A DNA stretch of 54,448 nt, filler included, from Sphacelaria rigidula (Eukaryota), in the NCBI GenBank assembly GCA_964200075.2. It is 5 parts of 5 records of this genome, joined end to end, with 100 filler letters (N's around TTAATTAATTAA, not from the genome) between each part and the next. Parts side by side here need not be neighbours in the genome. Positions count along the whole stretch, not along the records: positions 10,912 to 21,721 come from CAXNAA020005871.1; positions 21,822 to 32,631 come from CAXNAA020005872.1; 3 more parts are not named here. One strand, 5' to 3'. The position numbers were made by a program, and so were the translations under genes. Positions 10,912 through 24,105 of the stretch are shown here, in pieces; within the stretch, counting starts at the first letter, position 1; each line of letters opens with the position of its first letter. Under the pieces are notes generated by a model, which saw only the letters and a program-made list of their open reading frames with translations, made no database searches and had not been told where the DNA came from.

Positions 10912-12693
10912 GATCTGACTCGAAATTTCGAGCAACAAATGCCCCAAAATACCCCCACCCCTATCGTAGGATGGCTCTTGAGTAGAGCATAACAACGTGA
11001 TACCCCATACCTAGGTATTGCTAAGAGTGCTCACCCAATATCCGGGTGAAATAATTGAAGTCGTACTCAATCTACCCAAAATTTGAGTATAGTATTTGAG
11101 GCCGTACACAATCTATCCAAACGTTGGGTGAAGAGTGAATACCCGGGTATTTTACCCGAGTATTCAAAAGTACACACCCTACTCGACCTGCCCTTGGAGC
11201 TTACACTGTCTGTACTCTGGTGTGTTGACGCATTGCGAAGAAAGTTTGGGTTGCATGAGCTACGATGTTGTCGTTGTGTTCGTTTCCCCAGGAAACAATG
11301 TTGGTCGGCACGCAGTGCTGGCTGCACATAATTGAAAACTTCATGGTGTGTTGGCTGTTTCGTCTTTCGTGAAACGAACAAGGCGCTGCAAGCTGGTGCG
11401 GCATTCCTGCTGGTGCTGTGCGTTGGGGCCGTGTACTGTACCGTACTACGGTATTGCGTTCAGTGTACTGAACTGTGGTATGTAGGATTATTACTACGTA
11501 AGTACGGGCGTCATTGGTCATGGCATTCGACCGAACGAACACTAGGTTTTACTCTCCTAGCATTTCCCACGCGAAATGGAGCGATCTGATTGGTAGTTAC
11601 CAAGCAAATATGTCCCGCTCCAAAAGCAGCCTGCCAGATAATACAAGGTGTCCCTCAGGATAAAAAGTGAATTGTACTAGATGCTGCAGGACAGGAAAAG
11701 GTGTGGAGTGCAACGTAGGAGGTGGATCGAAACCACTCGTTTCGAAACCGCGGCTCTCCCATTTTCTTGGCGCAAAATGGGAAAGGAAGCCAATGGAAAT
11801 GTTTTACACAGTATCCCGTCGTTCAAAAGAGGATTCAATTGCTACGCTGCCACGCAAGGTGGGTTAATATCTTGGGGGCCACGCCTGGGTGATATTCTGG
11901 TCTACTCCGAAATTTGAACAGTTCAGCAAGGACAAAAACATTCCACGATACATTTCTAGTTTCTTTTACGACGCTGCTACAGTTGAGACCGTAACCTCCG
12001 TTCGATTCGTACCCCACCCCATTGCACTTGCACAACGAGTGCGGTATTTCAACTCTAATGTGTTCCGCCGCACAAGAGTTTCATGAAAGTACTTCATAAT
12101 GTTTACTCGACGCCACACAAACGCCAACAATCGGCAAAAATGTATCCAACGACAAATGCAACAACTGCATCATACATAAGACGATGTGATACCATCAATA
12201 CTTGACCTCTGGTGCCCCGCCCACGTTTTGGTTCATGAAAAACAACATCGAATGTTAAGTGACAGCGATGGACATTTCCGTACATTTTCCCACGCATCAG
12301 ATGACGAATATCAAGTCTCCCTCGCACCATCATCGATACTGCGCCGGCGTTACAGTTGCTCGATGACGTAATATGGCCCGACACAAGCCTCTACCCCCGA
12401 ATTTTGCGACCACGCGACAATTCCGTGCCACAACGCTTGTGAACACCCTTTGTGACACCCGCATAACGTCTACTTGCAATCCTTGTGTGTAAACCAGTAG
12501 TATCATCTCCCCATACTTCGAAATCACATCAGTACGGTTGTTCCACATTGCTCTTAGTATTTGTCACCGAAGTAGCAAATGCACTTGGTGTGGTCTGGCT
12601 TCCTTGCTCAGCGCCATCCCACCAGTATTACAACCCTAGTTGCCTCCCCGTGTATGCTACTGCATACCCTGCTTCACCGTGATCGGAAATAGG

Positions 12694-15600
12694 TTAGTAT
12701 CCATGCGTGTCTTCTTGGACATATATGCGGCGCCCACCAAGCTCCGTGTCGTTGAGCTCGTCAATCGCACGTTGGGCTCCCTGTTCAGACGCGAAGCGCA
12801 CAGTACCATGCCCTTTTGAGCGGCCCTGGTCGTCCTCTGGGATTTCGACAAATTGAACGTGCCCAACCTGCTTGAAGTGGTCCTTTAGTTGTTGCCACCC
12901 CAGACCCCAGGCGAGGTTTCGAACGAAGACCTGCCTCCCGTCTGCCCCCGGATACTTGGCTGCCAGAGCTCCCATGCTCTTGCTGGCAGCCGAGCCCTGA
13001 GGAAAAAGTACGCAGAATTCGAACCGAGTCACAATACACGCTGGTTCTACCAGAGGCGGACCACCAGCAACCAACTGCTTTTCCCGCGCTACTGTACGAC
13101 GTTTCACTCGGAATTCGGCGTGAATGTTACGGAAGAGGATTGCAGCATAATATATATTGATTTGGTGCTTGATCCTTGAATTTCAAGTAGTTGAGGCTCT
13201 CGGTGGAACCTGGTCATACAACCTCTAGGAATTTGACGATGGCAGTTATGTTGAGCTCATACGCGTGAGTGCGGATGTTTGTGACCCTATACAGGCTGGT
13301 TCACGGGAAAAAACCCAAATACACTTGTCGACAAAACTTCACGCCGTTTCAAGGGGTTAGACCCTGAAATTTTGCACAGGTGTTCTATGGGTCATTACGC
13401 ACCTTTGCAAGGACGGTTTTTTTTTCACTCTCGACTTTTTCACCGTTTTTCCGGGGTCCCAGTTTTGTCGGGAAAACTTTGATCCCGTCGGACCCCCATA
13501 AAACGGTAAAGAAAATAAATAAATAAACCTCGTCCTTGCAAAGTTGCGTAATGACCCATAGAACACTTGTGAAAAAATTTCAGGGTGTAACTCCTTCAAA
13601 CGGAGTGAAGTTTTCGCGTTTGTGCGATGAACCTTACCGTGCCACGATGAAACGGCAAACTACTAGATGTTGGTATGAAAATGGCGTTTTGGGGCCTTTT
13701 TCGACGTGGAACATGAAAATTCAAGCACCAATTAATCGATTTTGGCCACAAAACTTCTTGGGGTTCTTCCTTGGGTTCGCGGCGGCAGAGGGTTCGCGAG
13801 AAAAATGAAAAAATAAGACTTTCGTGCCGGTTTTCCGAGGTCCCAGAATGGATGACCTCGAAAAAACGACTTGGATCCCATCGAACCCCCGAAAAACGGT
13901 AAACAATTCAAGAAATAGAAAAATCTCGTTGATCGAAACTTGCGTGATGATTTACAGTATATTTGTGCAAAGTTTCAGGGTCTAACTCCTAATAAATGCG
14001 TCGAGACTGCGCGTGTGTGCGAGGATGTGAGCTTAAAACGTGCAAACTCCTAACTACTTGGTTTGAGAATGAAAACATATTTTAGGGTGAATTTCACGTC
14101 AAGGAAGGAGAAAGTGGGTGAGATTTTCGAGTTTCTCCACCAAAAATTGTACATGTTGTTCCTTGGACCATACTGGGACGCATCATGTTATGATTTTTTA
14201 TTTTGAGTGATTCTATACCGCCTTTCGGGGGTCTTTGTACTGGGAACCACGGAGGTCGTCAGAGAACGGAGAAACTTTGAACCCTTGCCAAGAACACAAC
14301 TCTTCCATTTGGAGCATCAATACCTACGGAACTGCCAAGTTTGAGGATGATCTGAGCTTTTCTACAACAGATATAAGGAAAATCGTCACGAGGCTCCCCG
14401 AGTCTCTTCTGCGTTTCATGAGTGGAAATCAGACGACGCCAAACTCCAATCACCGAAACATTACGGTTTCGGGTATAATTCGACCCTGTTGGAACTGTTT
14501 TCGAATCCGTTTCTCCCGTTAGATTCTTGAGGTGATGACGGTCACTACGATTTGAAGCATGTGGGGATTCGGTGGAAATTGGGCTTGGAAATCGTATGTT
14601 CACTTTCGGAACAGTTTGAAAGGCGCTGATTGGTCGAGACACATTTTTGTCCATAGCGCCACCGCTATAGCCTCAAAAAAAAAAAACGGCTATGTGACCC
14701 TCTTCCTCTGTTCATCGCGGTCAGTATGATACCATGTATGCGGCTTTTGGGTGCGTATTGCAGAAGGCATTTGCTGATGACAGTTTTTTTTTTTTTTTCC
14801 CGTGAACCAGCCTGTATTACTGTGTGAATGATCCTGTACTGGAGGTCCCGAAAGCTCTGCACTCCAAGGGTTCGTGAGCAACACCTTGGAATCAGAGGCG
14901 ATAATGAACAACAAGCAAGTCAATCCTCTTTGAATCTACAGTGCAGAAAAATTCCTGTCAAAACTCAACCGGGTACCCGCGGTCGAAGCTCCGAAGAACA
15001 TAAAAACTCAAACACTTCCTTGTGTACATGTCCAGTCCCGAAAAATTCACTCATGACTTTTTTCGAGATGTGAGACGAGACATTGAGACGGGAATGGCGC
15101 AATTCTGTTGTCACTTATCTAGGGCATAGTTACGAGAGCTTCCGCACCAAAATTCTGAACACTGCGTTTACGGTGCAAGGGTTTTCCTGTATCTCGGCGG
15201 AACTAGCTCGTAACAAACACTACGTGAAACTGAGGAACCAAGTCAAACAAACCCGATAGGTCACGTGATGATGAAAATGTTGTTCTCTTCCGACGTACCT
15301 CCTCGCGATCTTCTCTGACGAATATCAGGCGTCCCATTAGCTCGGTGTCGTTAAGGTCTCGGATTGCCGCATGAGCTTCTTCGGCAGTTTCGTATTCGAC
15401 CACGGCACAACCCCTGGAGCGCCCTCCCGGTTGCTGAAAGAGGTCGACGAACTTGACATTGCCAACCTGAAAATGACAGAGAAGGTGCAAACCGTTGAGT
15501 AGCGTGGGTACGGCATTGGAAGCGAGCTGAGCAAACCATCAACGTTCGGACGAATCATCGCCGGTTCGAATCACCAAATCCACGGTTTTCCAGGCCTGAT

Positions 15601-18540
15601 TGCTCTAAAGAGAGAGAAAAATTGACCGCTGGTCAAAAAGGATCTCCGCGCAATTTTTGCGCCATTCCACGTGCCTGGGCTGCGCGTACCTGGGTTGCAA
15701 CGCTGAAAACAAAGCCTAAGGATTGATTCATACGGTACGAATCAATTACACTAAAATCAAGTAAGTTCCAGACGAATCATTAATTCGTCCGACCCTTGCA
15801 AACTATGATCAACATGCCGAGAAGCAAGACGATGAGGTACCCGTTCCAACAGCCCACTTTTGAAAAGCAAGGCATCAGGTAATCGCCGCACATGGAACGG
15901 GGTCGCAAAGACGGTCAAACTCTGAACACGGTCCCACAGCAGAACTTTGAACTGAGAAGCCCACGTTTGGGCCATTGGAAACATTTGGGGGAAGCCCACG
16001 TTTGAAACAGTACTGGAGTGTGCACCTGTTTTGTCGTCGATTTTCTTTTCTTAGTCCCAGTCTGGACGTAGATTCAGGTTATTGCAGGGGGCAACAGCGA
16101 AGTGATCTGAAATTTAGCTGGAAATTATAAGTAAATAATTGATCGACAACTCGAGGGCATTGACCCCCTCAACCAGCCAGGTTCCTTCCTGAATGGACGC
16201 CAGTGGAACGGACTATTGTGGTCAGAGGAAATTGAATGCTTGTTTTTGGCGGGTAGACAACATCTGCATGAAAGCTGGGGGTTTGGACCCCAAGGGTCAC
16301 GTCGTGCCACGCAAATGTCAACGCGTTACAGTTCTTCGTGTTTGAGACACGATCAGATATTTTGGTCGTGACGTGTATATACTACCGTGAGTGGTGATTG
16401 CTCCCGACGTACATGTTATGCATGTACAGGCAGAGACCATTTGCGCTAGCGAATGATGCATGAAACGAAGAAAAACACACGCCTCCCTCCCTCAACCACG
16501 ACAGAAGGCAATCGTACGCGTATTTACGAGCAGACTTGTTCTTGAAAAAAACTCTTGCTCACAGTCTATGCCCAACTAGCGTCAATATAGGCTCACAAAG
16601 ACAATCTTCGGAGTATTCGCGGGGCCGCAAGTTGACAAAAAAAAATCGGAGTAACCAGCATGAACGGCTGAAGGACTGGCTCCCGAAACGTCAAGGGCGG
16701 TGTTCATTTGTTGATTGGGCATGACGTTCAACTGGAAAATGACTGCCAGACGTACCAGTCCATCAGTGGTCGCGGATACTTTTCAGACTCCAAGAGAATC
16801 AGCTCGTTGCAACATATGTAATGATGCAGGTTTCCGAATGACCGATCAGTCTCCGGCATCGTTGTACGGTTACACGGAATAAACTTGCGCCGTGTTCGGT
16901 GCTGACGGTGCTACTTGCCGCTGAGACGTCTTTTTCGTCATCTCCGCTGAGGCCAGCTCGAAGCGGCTGACAGTTTCACGTGCTCACTAGCGTGTGGAGC
17001 AGACCTTTGTGCTTGAATCGGTGCCGTCAGGCGAAACACTTAGTTTTGCGGTTTTACCGATGCCCCGTGGCCAAGGGTTCTCCGTGTGGTGAGCGTCAGG
17101 GTTTGGGGTCACACGTATTATCAGGGTGTCAACCAACGGCTGTTTGACGTCGATCACGTGTCAACTCCCCTAGTTTGAACGTGAAAATTGTCAAGAAACG
17201 CCATCGGACGACACTGTGACGCCTCAGCAGGATCTCACCTGTCGCATGTAGTCCTTCAAATCCTGCCAGACGACCTGCCATGCCAAGTTGCCAACGTACA
17301 CTCTGGAACCAGCACCGCCTCCGACACCCCTCCCAAGGTCTGAGTTTCCCGCAACATCACCGCGCTCTTCTCTAATATTGATGGGGCGACCCATCAGGAC
17401 TGTGTCACTCAGCTGCTGGATGGCGTTTCTCGCCTGAGAAGAAACACGACATCACGTCAAACCAGCGATGAAGCAGGTGGATGAGAGCAAAGACCAGGGG
17501 AAAGAGCGCACCATTTCGGTGCATACAACGAGTTGATGTGCCATAGCAAACAAAGCACAGCCCAACGGCTTACTGTAGGGTGTACACGAAATACAACACA
17601 CTGCCAAAGCTGCTTGGAAGAGGAGCTTCGACTGTGCATAAGTTTCAGACTTTCAGAGGTAAGTTGCGCCCAACAGACACACACTTGTGGCTATGGGCCG
17701 AACAAACTCTCCACGTACGAGATAATATTATACCTCAAAGGGCCTGGAGAATTCCACTGTGGCGAGGCCTTTCGAGCGTCCGTCATTCCCTGTGAACACG
17801 TCGGCGTGTAGAACGTTTCCGGCTTGCCGCATGTGGTCCTTCAAGTCCTGCCAGCCAACCTCGTAGGCAAGGTTTGAAACGAAGACCTTCGTGATCACAC
17901 ACGAGCGTGTTGTTGCGATGACGACAGATTGACCAAAAAATGCACAGGAAAAACAGAATGTAAGTACCGAGAGCCCAAGGGTGTCCTTAAAGCAAAACGT
18001 TTACGCCTCGCGCTGGAATGCGCCATCTCCAAAGCACACGACAAAACGATGTGTAGCGTCGCACAATCTTTCCCGTGCACAGTCGCGACTGTATGCAACT
18101 ACATTCCATGTTCAACGTATCATGTCAAGAGTGCTACAGCTGCAAGCGCGAAACATTGCCAATTTTTGGCCACCAGTGACACTCGGTATAATGTATTTAA
18201 GCTTTTGTTCAGCGCCCACTTCTCGCACAAGGGACACTATGTCCACGACGACCCGATACTGGACAACCGGGTTTTGTAGTTTACGGGAGGCAATTGCCGT
18301 GAGTCAAGCGCCATAAAAAATTGGCCAAGGTTACGAACCTTACAGTTGCCGCCCCGTGCCCCCCCGCCGCCACCGAAGCCGCCGCCACCACCGAAGCCGC
18401 CGCGGCCGACGCCACCCGATTGTACCGTCAGCGCAGGCTCGCGATCCTCCCTCAAAAATATGAGGCGACCCATCAAATCGGTGTCCTGAAGAGAGTCGAT
18501 CGCAGCCTGAGCATCGGCTGCCGTTTGAAACTCCACCACG
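12694..18540 (-). CDS. Gbp2/Hrb1/Gbp1p/hnRNP-M-like multi-RRM RNA-binding protein (5'-partial, 5 exons)
   Basis: GT-AG exons 18540-18339, 17886-17734, 17433-17239, 15466-15299 and 12996-12694 (stop) splice in frame. They encode RNP2 (VFVSNL, VYVGNL, VFVRNL), WQDLKD motifs, RNP1 (RSKGLATVEF, RSRGCAVVEY, RSKGHGTVRF) and a Gly/RGG linker. The first exon(s) were not found in the contig. Confidence 0.92.
13292..14814. mobile_element. Non-autonomous Tc1/mariner-type element (1523 bp) in the last intron of the RRM gene
   Basis: Perfect 22-bp TIR CAGGCTGGTTCACGGGAAAAAA (13292-13313 / 14793-14814) flanked by TA on both sides. No transposase recognised. Confidence 0.85.
15540..15798 (+). mobile_element. 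hAT-type MITE, 259 bp (copy 1)
   Basis: Imperfect TIRs around tcggacgaat; 8-bp TSD caaaccat/caaactat. Inverted homologue at 22414-22672. Confidence 0.85.
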
Positions 18541-20137
18541 CTGTCGCGCCGCAAGTCAACACAACGTTGGTGTAGGCAAGGAAAGACAGAAAAGGCAGCA
18601 AAAGGGGGCATAACCTGCAGTCCTGTGCTACGATACAATCGACCCCAATCCACCACCACTCTACGTGCGAAAAAGAGCGCGTGGGTGCGACCGAATCAAA
18701 GGCGCCCGACACAATATTTTGGAGAAACGCGGCTGCTCATGCCGGCCCGTATGTGTGGGGTATACAGACCATCTCGAACATGCAAAAAAAGTGCAAGGTC
18801 TGATCCACGGCGTTCCACTTGCGGGGTCCAAACCAGTAGCCCTTGGTTACCTGCATCGTTTCCAACGATAGATCCCATCTCTCGCTATCCTTTCCATGAG
18901 AGATCAACATAAGGAGAAATCCTTGGGCCGAGCTGCTACAAGCTCACTTGTTGTGCCACGTCTCCTGGAGACGCATGATCTTCACGAGACGTGAATCTGG
19001 TTGATAGCTGCATGATCGCGGTTGAGATATTCACTTCCACCCGTCGCCCAGGTCGCATGCAGAAATGTACCATCGCACCGATCATCATGAACATCGCATC
19101 AATTCAAAAACCGTTACCCATCCCACCATGAACCCACAGATGTCATCATCCATCCACCCCAACATGAGAGCCCTAGACCCAAGACAACAACACAGTAATC
19201 GCGCCACCTCAACTCGCCACCCCGCCTGCCATACCGCCCACCGAACCCGAATCCGAACCCTGTATTCCCCACGTACACATCCGCCATCATTCCACCCACC
19301 CATATCCCTGAGGACGCACGTGCAAGCGCAACGAAGGCAAGGGCAATGTAAATATTAAAAATGGCGGGGTGAACGTTGTGATTCAGTCATGTCAGGAGAG
19401 AAGCTTGAGCTAATTTCCCTTGTATGTAGCTCACCACATTTAGCGCTCAGGTCGCTAGTCAGCTGGACGGGCTATAGGTTTAGAGCAGGTTTTTGCGGGT
19501 GGAAATAGATACAACGCCTACTCAACAATATTGTTCCCATACATATTCCGCGTGCCGTAATCCCTGGTACAGAAATCACCAACCGCAACCAGTGATGTGC
19601 CCGAGCACCTTTCGTGTCTTTCATGCGCCGTCGTTGTTTTTTTTACGGTGCATGATGACGACTATCTCGCACGCAGAAACTTGAGCAGGGAAGTCACTCA
19701 CATATTTAGGACCAAAAGAAAATATTTTATGATACATTTGGACAAGGCCCCAACCTCGGGGAACGATTTGGCGGAGTTGAATTTCCAGAACTCCGAGATA
19801 GGGGTGAGATATGCTTGCGATAAGTTTGATTTTGCGCGGTCAAGTAACATCGATGTGAACCGCGATACTTCCTTTTGCAGTAATTTGACCGTAAAAAGAT
19901 ACAAAGATGGAAATGTAAGCCAACTCTAGGGAACTGATCTGGATGAGGTGAAGGTTCGCGTGTTTTGTTCTCAACTTTTCGAGCGCCGAAAACCAACGTC
20001 TGTACGTTGGGTACAGCAGCACTATGGACAGCAGTACGAAGAGCTGAGAAAGTGTGGTTTGCAGTGCAACACATCAAGCATCCTCGAGGTGTGCTAGCCC
20101 CGTCCCGACAGAACCAAGACTGCTGAAGTATAGAAAC

Positions 20138-20140
<3 letters not shown>

Positions 20141-20185
<45 letters not shown>
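20141..20185. repeat. (GT)n microsatellite
   Basis: About 22 GT units seen directly. Confidence 0.97.
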
Positions 20186-20187
<2 letters not shown>

Positions 20188-20733
20188 GTCGTCCCATCTA
20201 TTCTGGGCGTCAATCTACACCTGTCGGTATATGTGTGGTCAGGTATATCGCAGCACCACTTACAAAGGAGGCAGGACAGTATGTACCCCATTGACATGGC
20301 AATCCAAAAACGAACGTGAACGACTGACCTACATGTGCCCAACATCTACCTCTTGCATGCAAAGAGGTGTGCTGTCACATGAAAAAACACTAGTTAACCC
20401 CTTGAACGCGACCCCCCCGTACACAAACGAACATGGACAACGTCCAATTTGACTTCAGAGCAAACTCGGGCACGTATCGTACCCTACTGCAGTTTCGGAA
20501 AACCGCATACCGTGGTATCGAGCGATACCAAGATAATCAAACACCAATTCATGCAGTACAGCACGCCGCAGGAACCGCATACCGTGTGCAGCAGTGATGC
20601 CGCAATAATCAAGAACCAGACGTACAATCATTTTCTAGGGATCACTTCCGAGAAGGGCCACGGTGGATTCGGAGCAGCGGCGGCGTCTGTCGGGTGATTT
20701 CATCACTCGCGCATGATTGTAAACAAAAGAGGC

Positions 20734-21058
20734 GACCTGTAGCTTTGGGCGTAAATCTGTGATTGTTTTTTTCGGACAAACTAACAGTGACACTAAAATC
20801 CTAACCCTAACCCTAACCCCGATCCAAGGCGTACGAGACCCTCGGGCAAGGGGTGTGTGTGCGTAGGTTCCCCCAGCAAAGTGTGCGTTGGCAGGCCTCG
20901 AATCGACGCCGCAGGCGCCGATTTTGACAAAAACACTTTATGGACGAGCGGGTTCACTGCTCACCTGCCCGAAACCATAATTTTCCTCACAAGTTTCTCC
21001 GCTCTAAAATCAAGTAGTCATGCTGTCAACCATAGATTTACGCCCTAAGCTATAGGTC
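20734..21058. mobile_element. MITE-like element (~325 bp) with internal (CCCTAA)n tract
   Basis: 28-bp TIR gacctgtagctttgggcgtaaatctgtg versus the reverse complement of 21031-21058 (25/28 match). cctaaccctaaccctaaccc at 20800-20819. TSD not clear. Confidence 0.7.
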
Positions 21059-21721
21059 TACTGGAAAAAGAGTGCATTTTGACGGTAAAATGGGCGAAGG
21101 TCCACCTGTGTTGGACCATTGTCCAGGAAATAGTGAAACAGGGTGTTCTTCAGGATAATGACTTTCACACCCTGGATAATGATAATAGATTACATTGTCA
21201 AAATTTGTGTTGCGTACAGTATCGACTAGTGCGTCTCGGGCAATAGACGCGATAGTCGATACTGTATGCAGTACATTTCCTGATAACGCAATATCTTGTC
21301 ATCACCCAGGGTGTGCAGATTTTGCACTGGCCATTGCGGTCGAAAAAAATTAAGTAGAATGCTCGATGATGCTGCCGCAGATGACTAACCGCAGTGATCA
21401 CCAGGAAAGTCTTGGGGAGAACGTGTATCTGCCCCCTGAAGCACGACCAGAGGTTACCGTACTCCTGCTGGGTGATACATGTTCTCTGAGAAAGTCTTTC
21501 TCGCCTGGGCATGTCCAACTGGCGTCTAGCTGGGCCTACAAAAAAGTCCTCCAAAAATCGCGGGGCTGGCAGCGGACACAAACTCAAGACACCAAGTATG
21601 AGCGCGCAGGGTCAGCAGTGGGGCCGTGGATGACGGTTGGTGTGAATTATGTCACACCCTGGACAATAGACGGCATCTATTGCGATAGCAATATAATCTG
21701 CTGCAGTAGATGCCAATATTG

Positions 21722-21821
21722 NNNNNNNNNNNNNNNNNNNNNNNNNNNNNNNNNNNNNNNNNNNNTTAATTAATTAANNNNNNNNNNNNNNNNNNNNNNN
21801 NNNNNNNNNNNNNNNNNNNNN
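21722..21821. other. Artificial contig linker
   Basis: N44-TTAATTAATTAA-N44. Confidence 0.98.
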
Positions 21822-21836
21822 GGGGGGGAGGGGGGT

Positions 21837-21877
<41 letters not shown>

Positions 21878-22413
21878 ATCTGGGGCATAGACGGTGAACT
21901 TGATCGCACTGTTGAGTTTCAACTTCGCTCTTTCTCGGGATTAGTCTGTAGTCTCAAGGATGAAATCACGATCAAACCAACTCTACCCCGGTACACGGAT
22001 TGCAATTTGATTTTATCGCGGATTTAATCAGCACTTATTGTACGCAGTAACCCCAGAATGAAAATCAGCATGATTACTTCGGTCAACTCAACCTATCATG
22101 CTTTTTTTCATCACCGAAGCGAAAAACAGTTGAAAAGTAAAAGTAAGCAAATATTGCTGTCCGGAGATTCGAACCCATCCCGGATCACGTACCGATTGGA
22201 CGGCCGAGGCCCGGAGGTACTGTCGGGAAAAGCACCGATCCGAACACTACAAAATTCCGAAAAAAATGTCACGCACATGAGCTATCATATCATCAGTGCA
22301 TCCAAAGTGTTTTCTTCACTTTGGATAATGACTTACTTCCCGGACGAGTCATGTCACCGTAGGCGTTGCACATTTGGGCCTAGATGTTTCTACTTGAGGG
22401 GCTCCCAAAAGTT

Positions 22414-22672
22414 CAAGGGCCAAGACGAATCAATGATTCGTCTGAAAATGACTTGATAATAGTGTAACTGATTCGAACCGTACGAATCAATCCCTAAGCT
22501 TTGGTTTCAGCGTTGCAAGCCAGGTACGCGCAGCCCAGGCACGTGGAATGGCGCAAAAGTTGCGTGCAGATCTGCTTGACCAGCGGTCGACTTTCTCCTC
22601 TCTTTCGAGCAGTCAGGCCTAAGAAATCGTGGATTTGGTGATTCGAACCGCCGATGATTCGTCCGAACCGTG
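22414..22672 (-). mobile_element. hAT-type MITE, 259 bp (copy 2)
   Basis: Perfect 8-bp TSD caaaagtt at 22406-22413 and 22673-22680. Reverse-complement homologue of 15540-15798. Confidence 0.88.
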
Positions 22673-23186
22673 CAAAAGTTAGGAGCTACACACAAGAGCA
22701 TGGGTCAGAACACAATTGTTGTGAAATTCATTCGAGACAGTCCCATCCTAGCTTATCGGAATACAAATCGTGGCGTGCTCTCACATATTTCATAAAGGGT
22801 CATTTTTTGAACGAGATAAAGGGTTCCTGACAATTCCAACCCCAGGATTTTAGTGTACACCCCCCACCGTGGTGTTGCACCACTCTGACGAACAACACCA
22901 TCTACTTTAGAAATGGCTCATAGACACCGTCTCCTGAGACCCCGGATATCTGGCAGGAAACACTTACCCCCGCCTCCGTGCATGATCATGAGTACACCCC
23001 TCCTGCCCCCCGTCCTTCATACAGACTTTCGAAATATCCCTGAGCACACGTATGCGAAATTTCAGGCACAAGTATGCGAAATTTAGGATCTAACTAAAAA
23101 AAGCCACGTGAGGAGTGTGTGTACATGTACGTGAGTACAAAAGTGTGCGCACGAGCTCCCGCGTGAAAGCGGGTAACTCAAAATAC

Positions 23187-24105
23187 TAGAATTGTGAACT
23201 GGCTGCCAGTTGAACTTACCAGTTACAGTTAATTGGTACAACTGGTTGACTAATCGGTTTTGTAACCAGTTGAACCACGTATTTCACCCGACATACGTGT
23301 CATGTTCCAAAGTGTTCTGTGTACATACGTCATACTTCAAGTCAGTATTTCTGAAGTATTGTCGTGCTACAACGACCGTAGGTATGCTGTTACAGAGGCG
23401 AATACATGGCCGCACAGCGCACACACCTAGACGTTAACAAGAATATCGCAGACAATATATTCTAGGATAAAAAAAAAAGTAGAGAGTGGGCACGGACAGT
23501 TGTTGATTGATCGGATCTGAAATATGAAGCAAGACTGCATTTCGTAGCGTTGTTGTGTGTGCTTTGCTTTATGATGTCGGCATCAAGCGATAAGCGTCCA
23601 GAGGTGATTGGTCGATGTGATACCGAAGCATGAGGAAGAGTCGAGATTCATGTTAAATTTTCCTGGCTGATGAAGTCACACTCAATAACGTTATCAACTT
23701 GTGCTACTGATAGTTCCTGGCGCTTGGGTGGTACACGCGGAACGCGATGTATGCTGCACTACTGTATTACCGCTTCGTTTTTTAATTCATGTCGCAAAGT
23801 TCAGCGATATTTCCTTTTCCCACATACATATTTATTGCACACCGATTACGTGCTCGAATTGCTGGCGCTAGGCGGCTAGAATTTAGGGCGGTTGTGAAGA
23901 GAATATGAAGCCACATGGCGCAATTTTCTTGCCTCCGGCGGCGCCTCCGACGGGGGCCCCTAACCAGCGGGGGATGGCATTTACGCGACTCCGCCGCGCT
24001 GAGGGGCGGCTTTGCTGCCCGTTACCCAGTCTCAACTGATAACTGCAACTGGTTGTAATCTATTGCAACCAGTTAACTGGTTAGCCAAACCAGTTCACAA
24101 CTCTA
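23187..24105. mobile_element. Non-autonomous hAT-type element (919 bp)
   Basis: TIR tagaattgtgaactgg / ccagttcacaactcta; perfect 8-bp TSD caaaatac (23179-23186, 24106-24113); subterminal aaccagtt/aactggtt repeats. Confidence 0.88.

Noticed and set aside
10735-10978. Single Harbinger-like MITE spanning the first gap (TIR agagycatcctacgatagggg)
   Set aside because: The two ends lie on different size-sorted contigs and the flanks differ (taa vs tga). They are probably ends of two separate copies of a common family.
19982-20011. Plus-strand SAENQRLYVG resembling the missing RRM first exon
   Set aside because: Wrong strand, no ATG, and no NL/WQDLKD continuation; likely chance.
21398-21535. Possible terminal exon on the minus strand (AQLDASWTCPG..LSW*)
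   Set aside because: Only an acceptor-like site supports it; no recognisable homology or partner exons.
21822-21876. Poly-G tract as a G-quadruplex element
   Set aside because: It sits at a contig edge, where homopolymer length is unreliable.
22150-22240. tRNA gene (minus-strand GGTTCGAATC B-box)
   Set aside because: No cloverleaf or convincing A-box; at most a SINE remnant.
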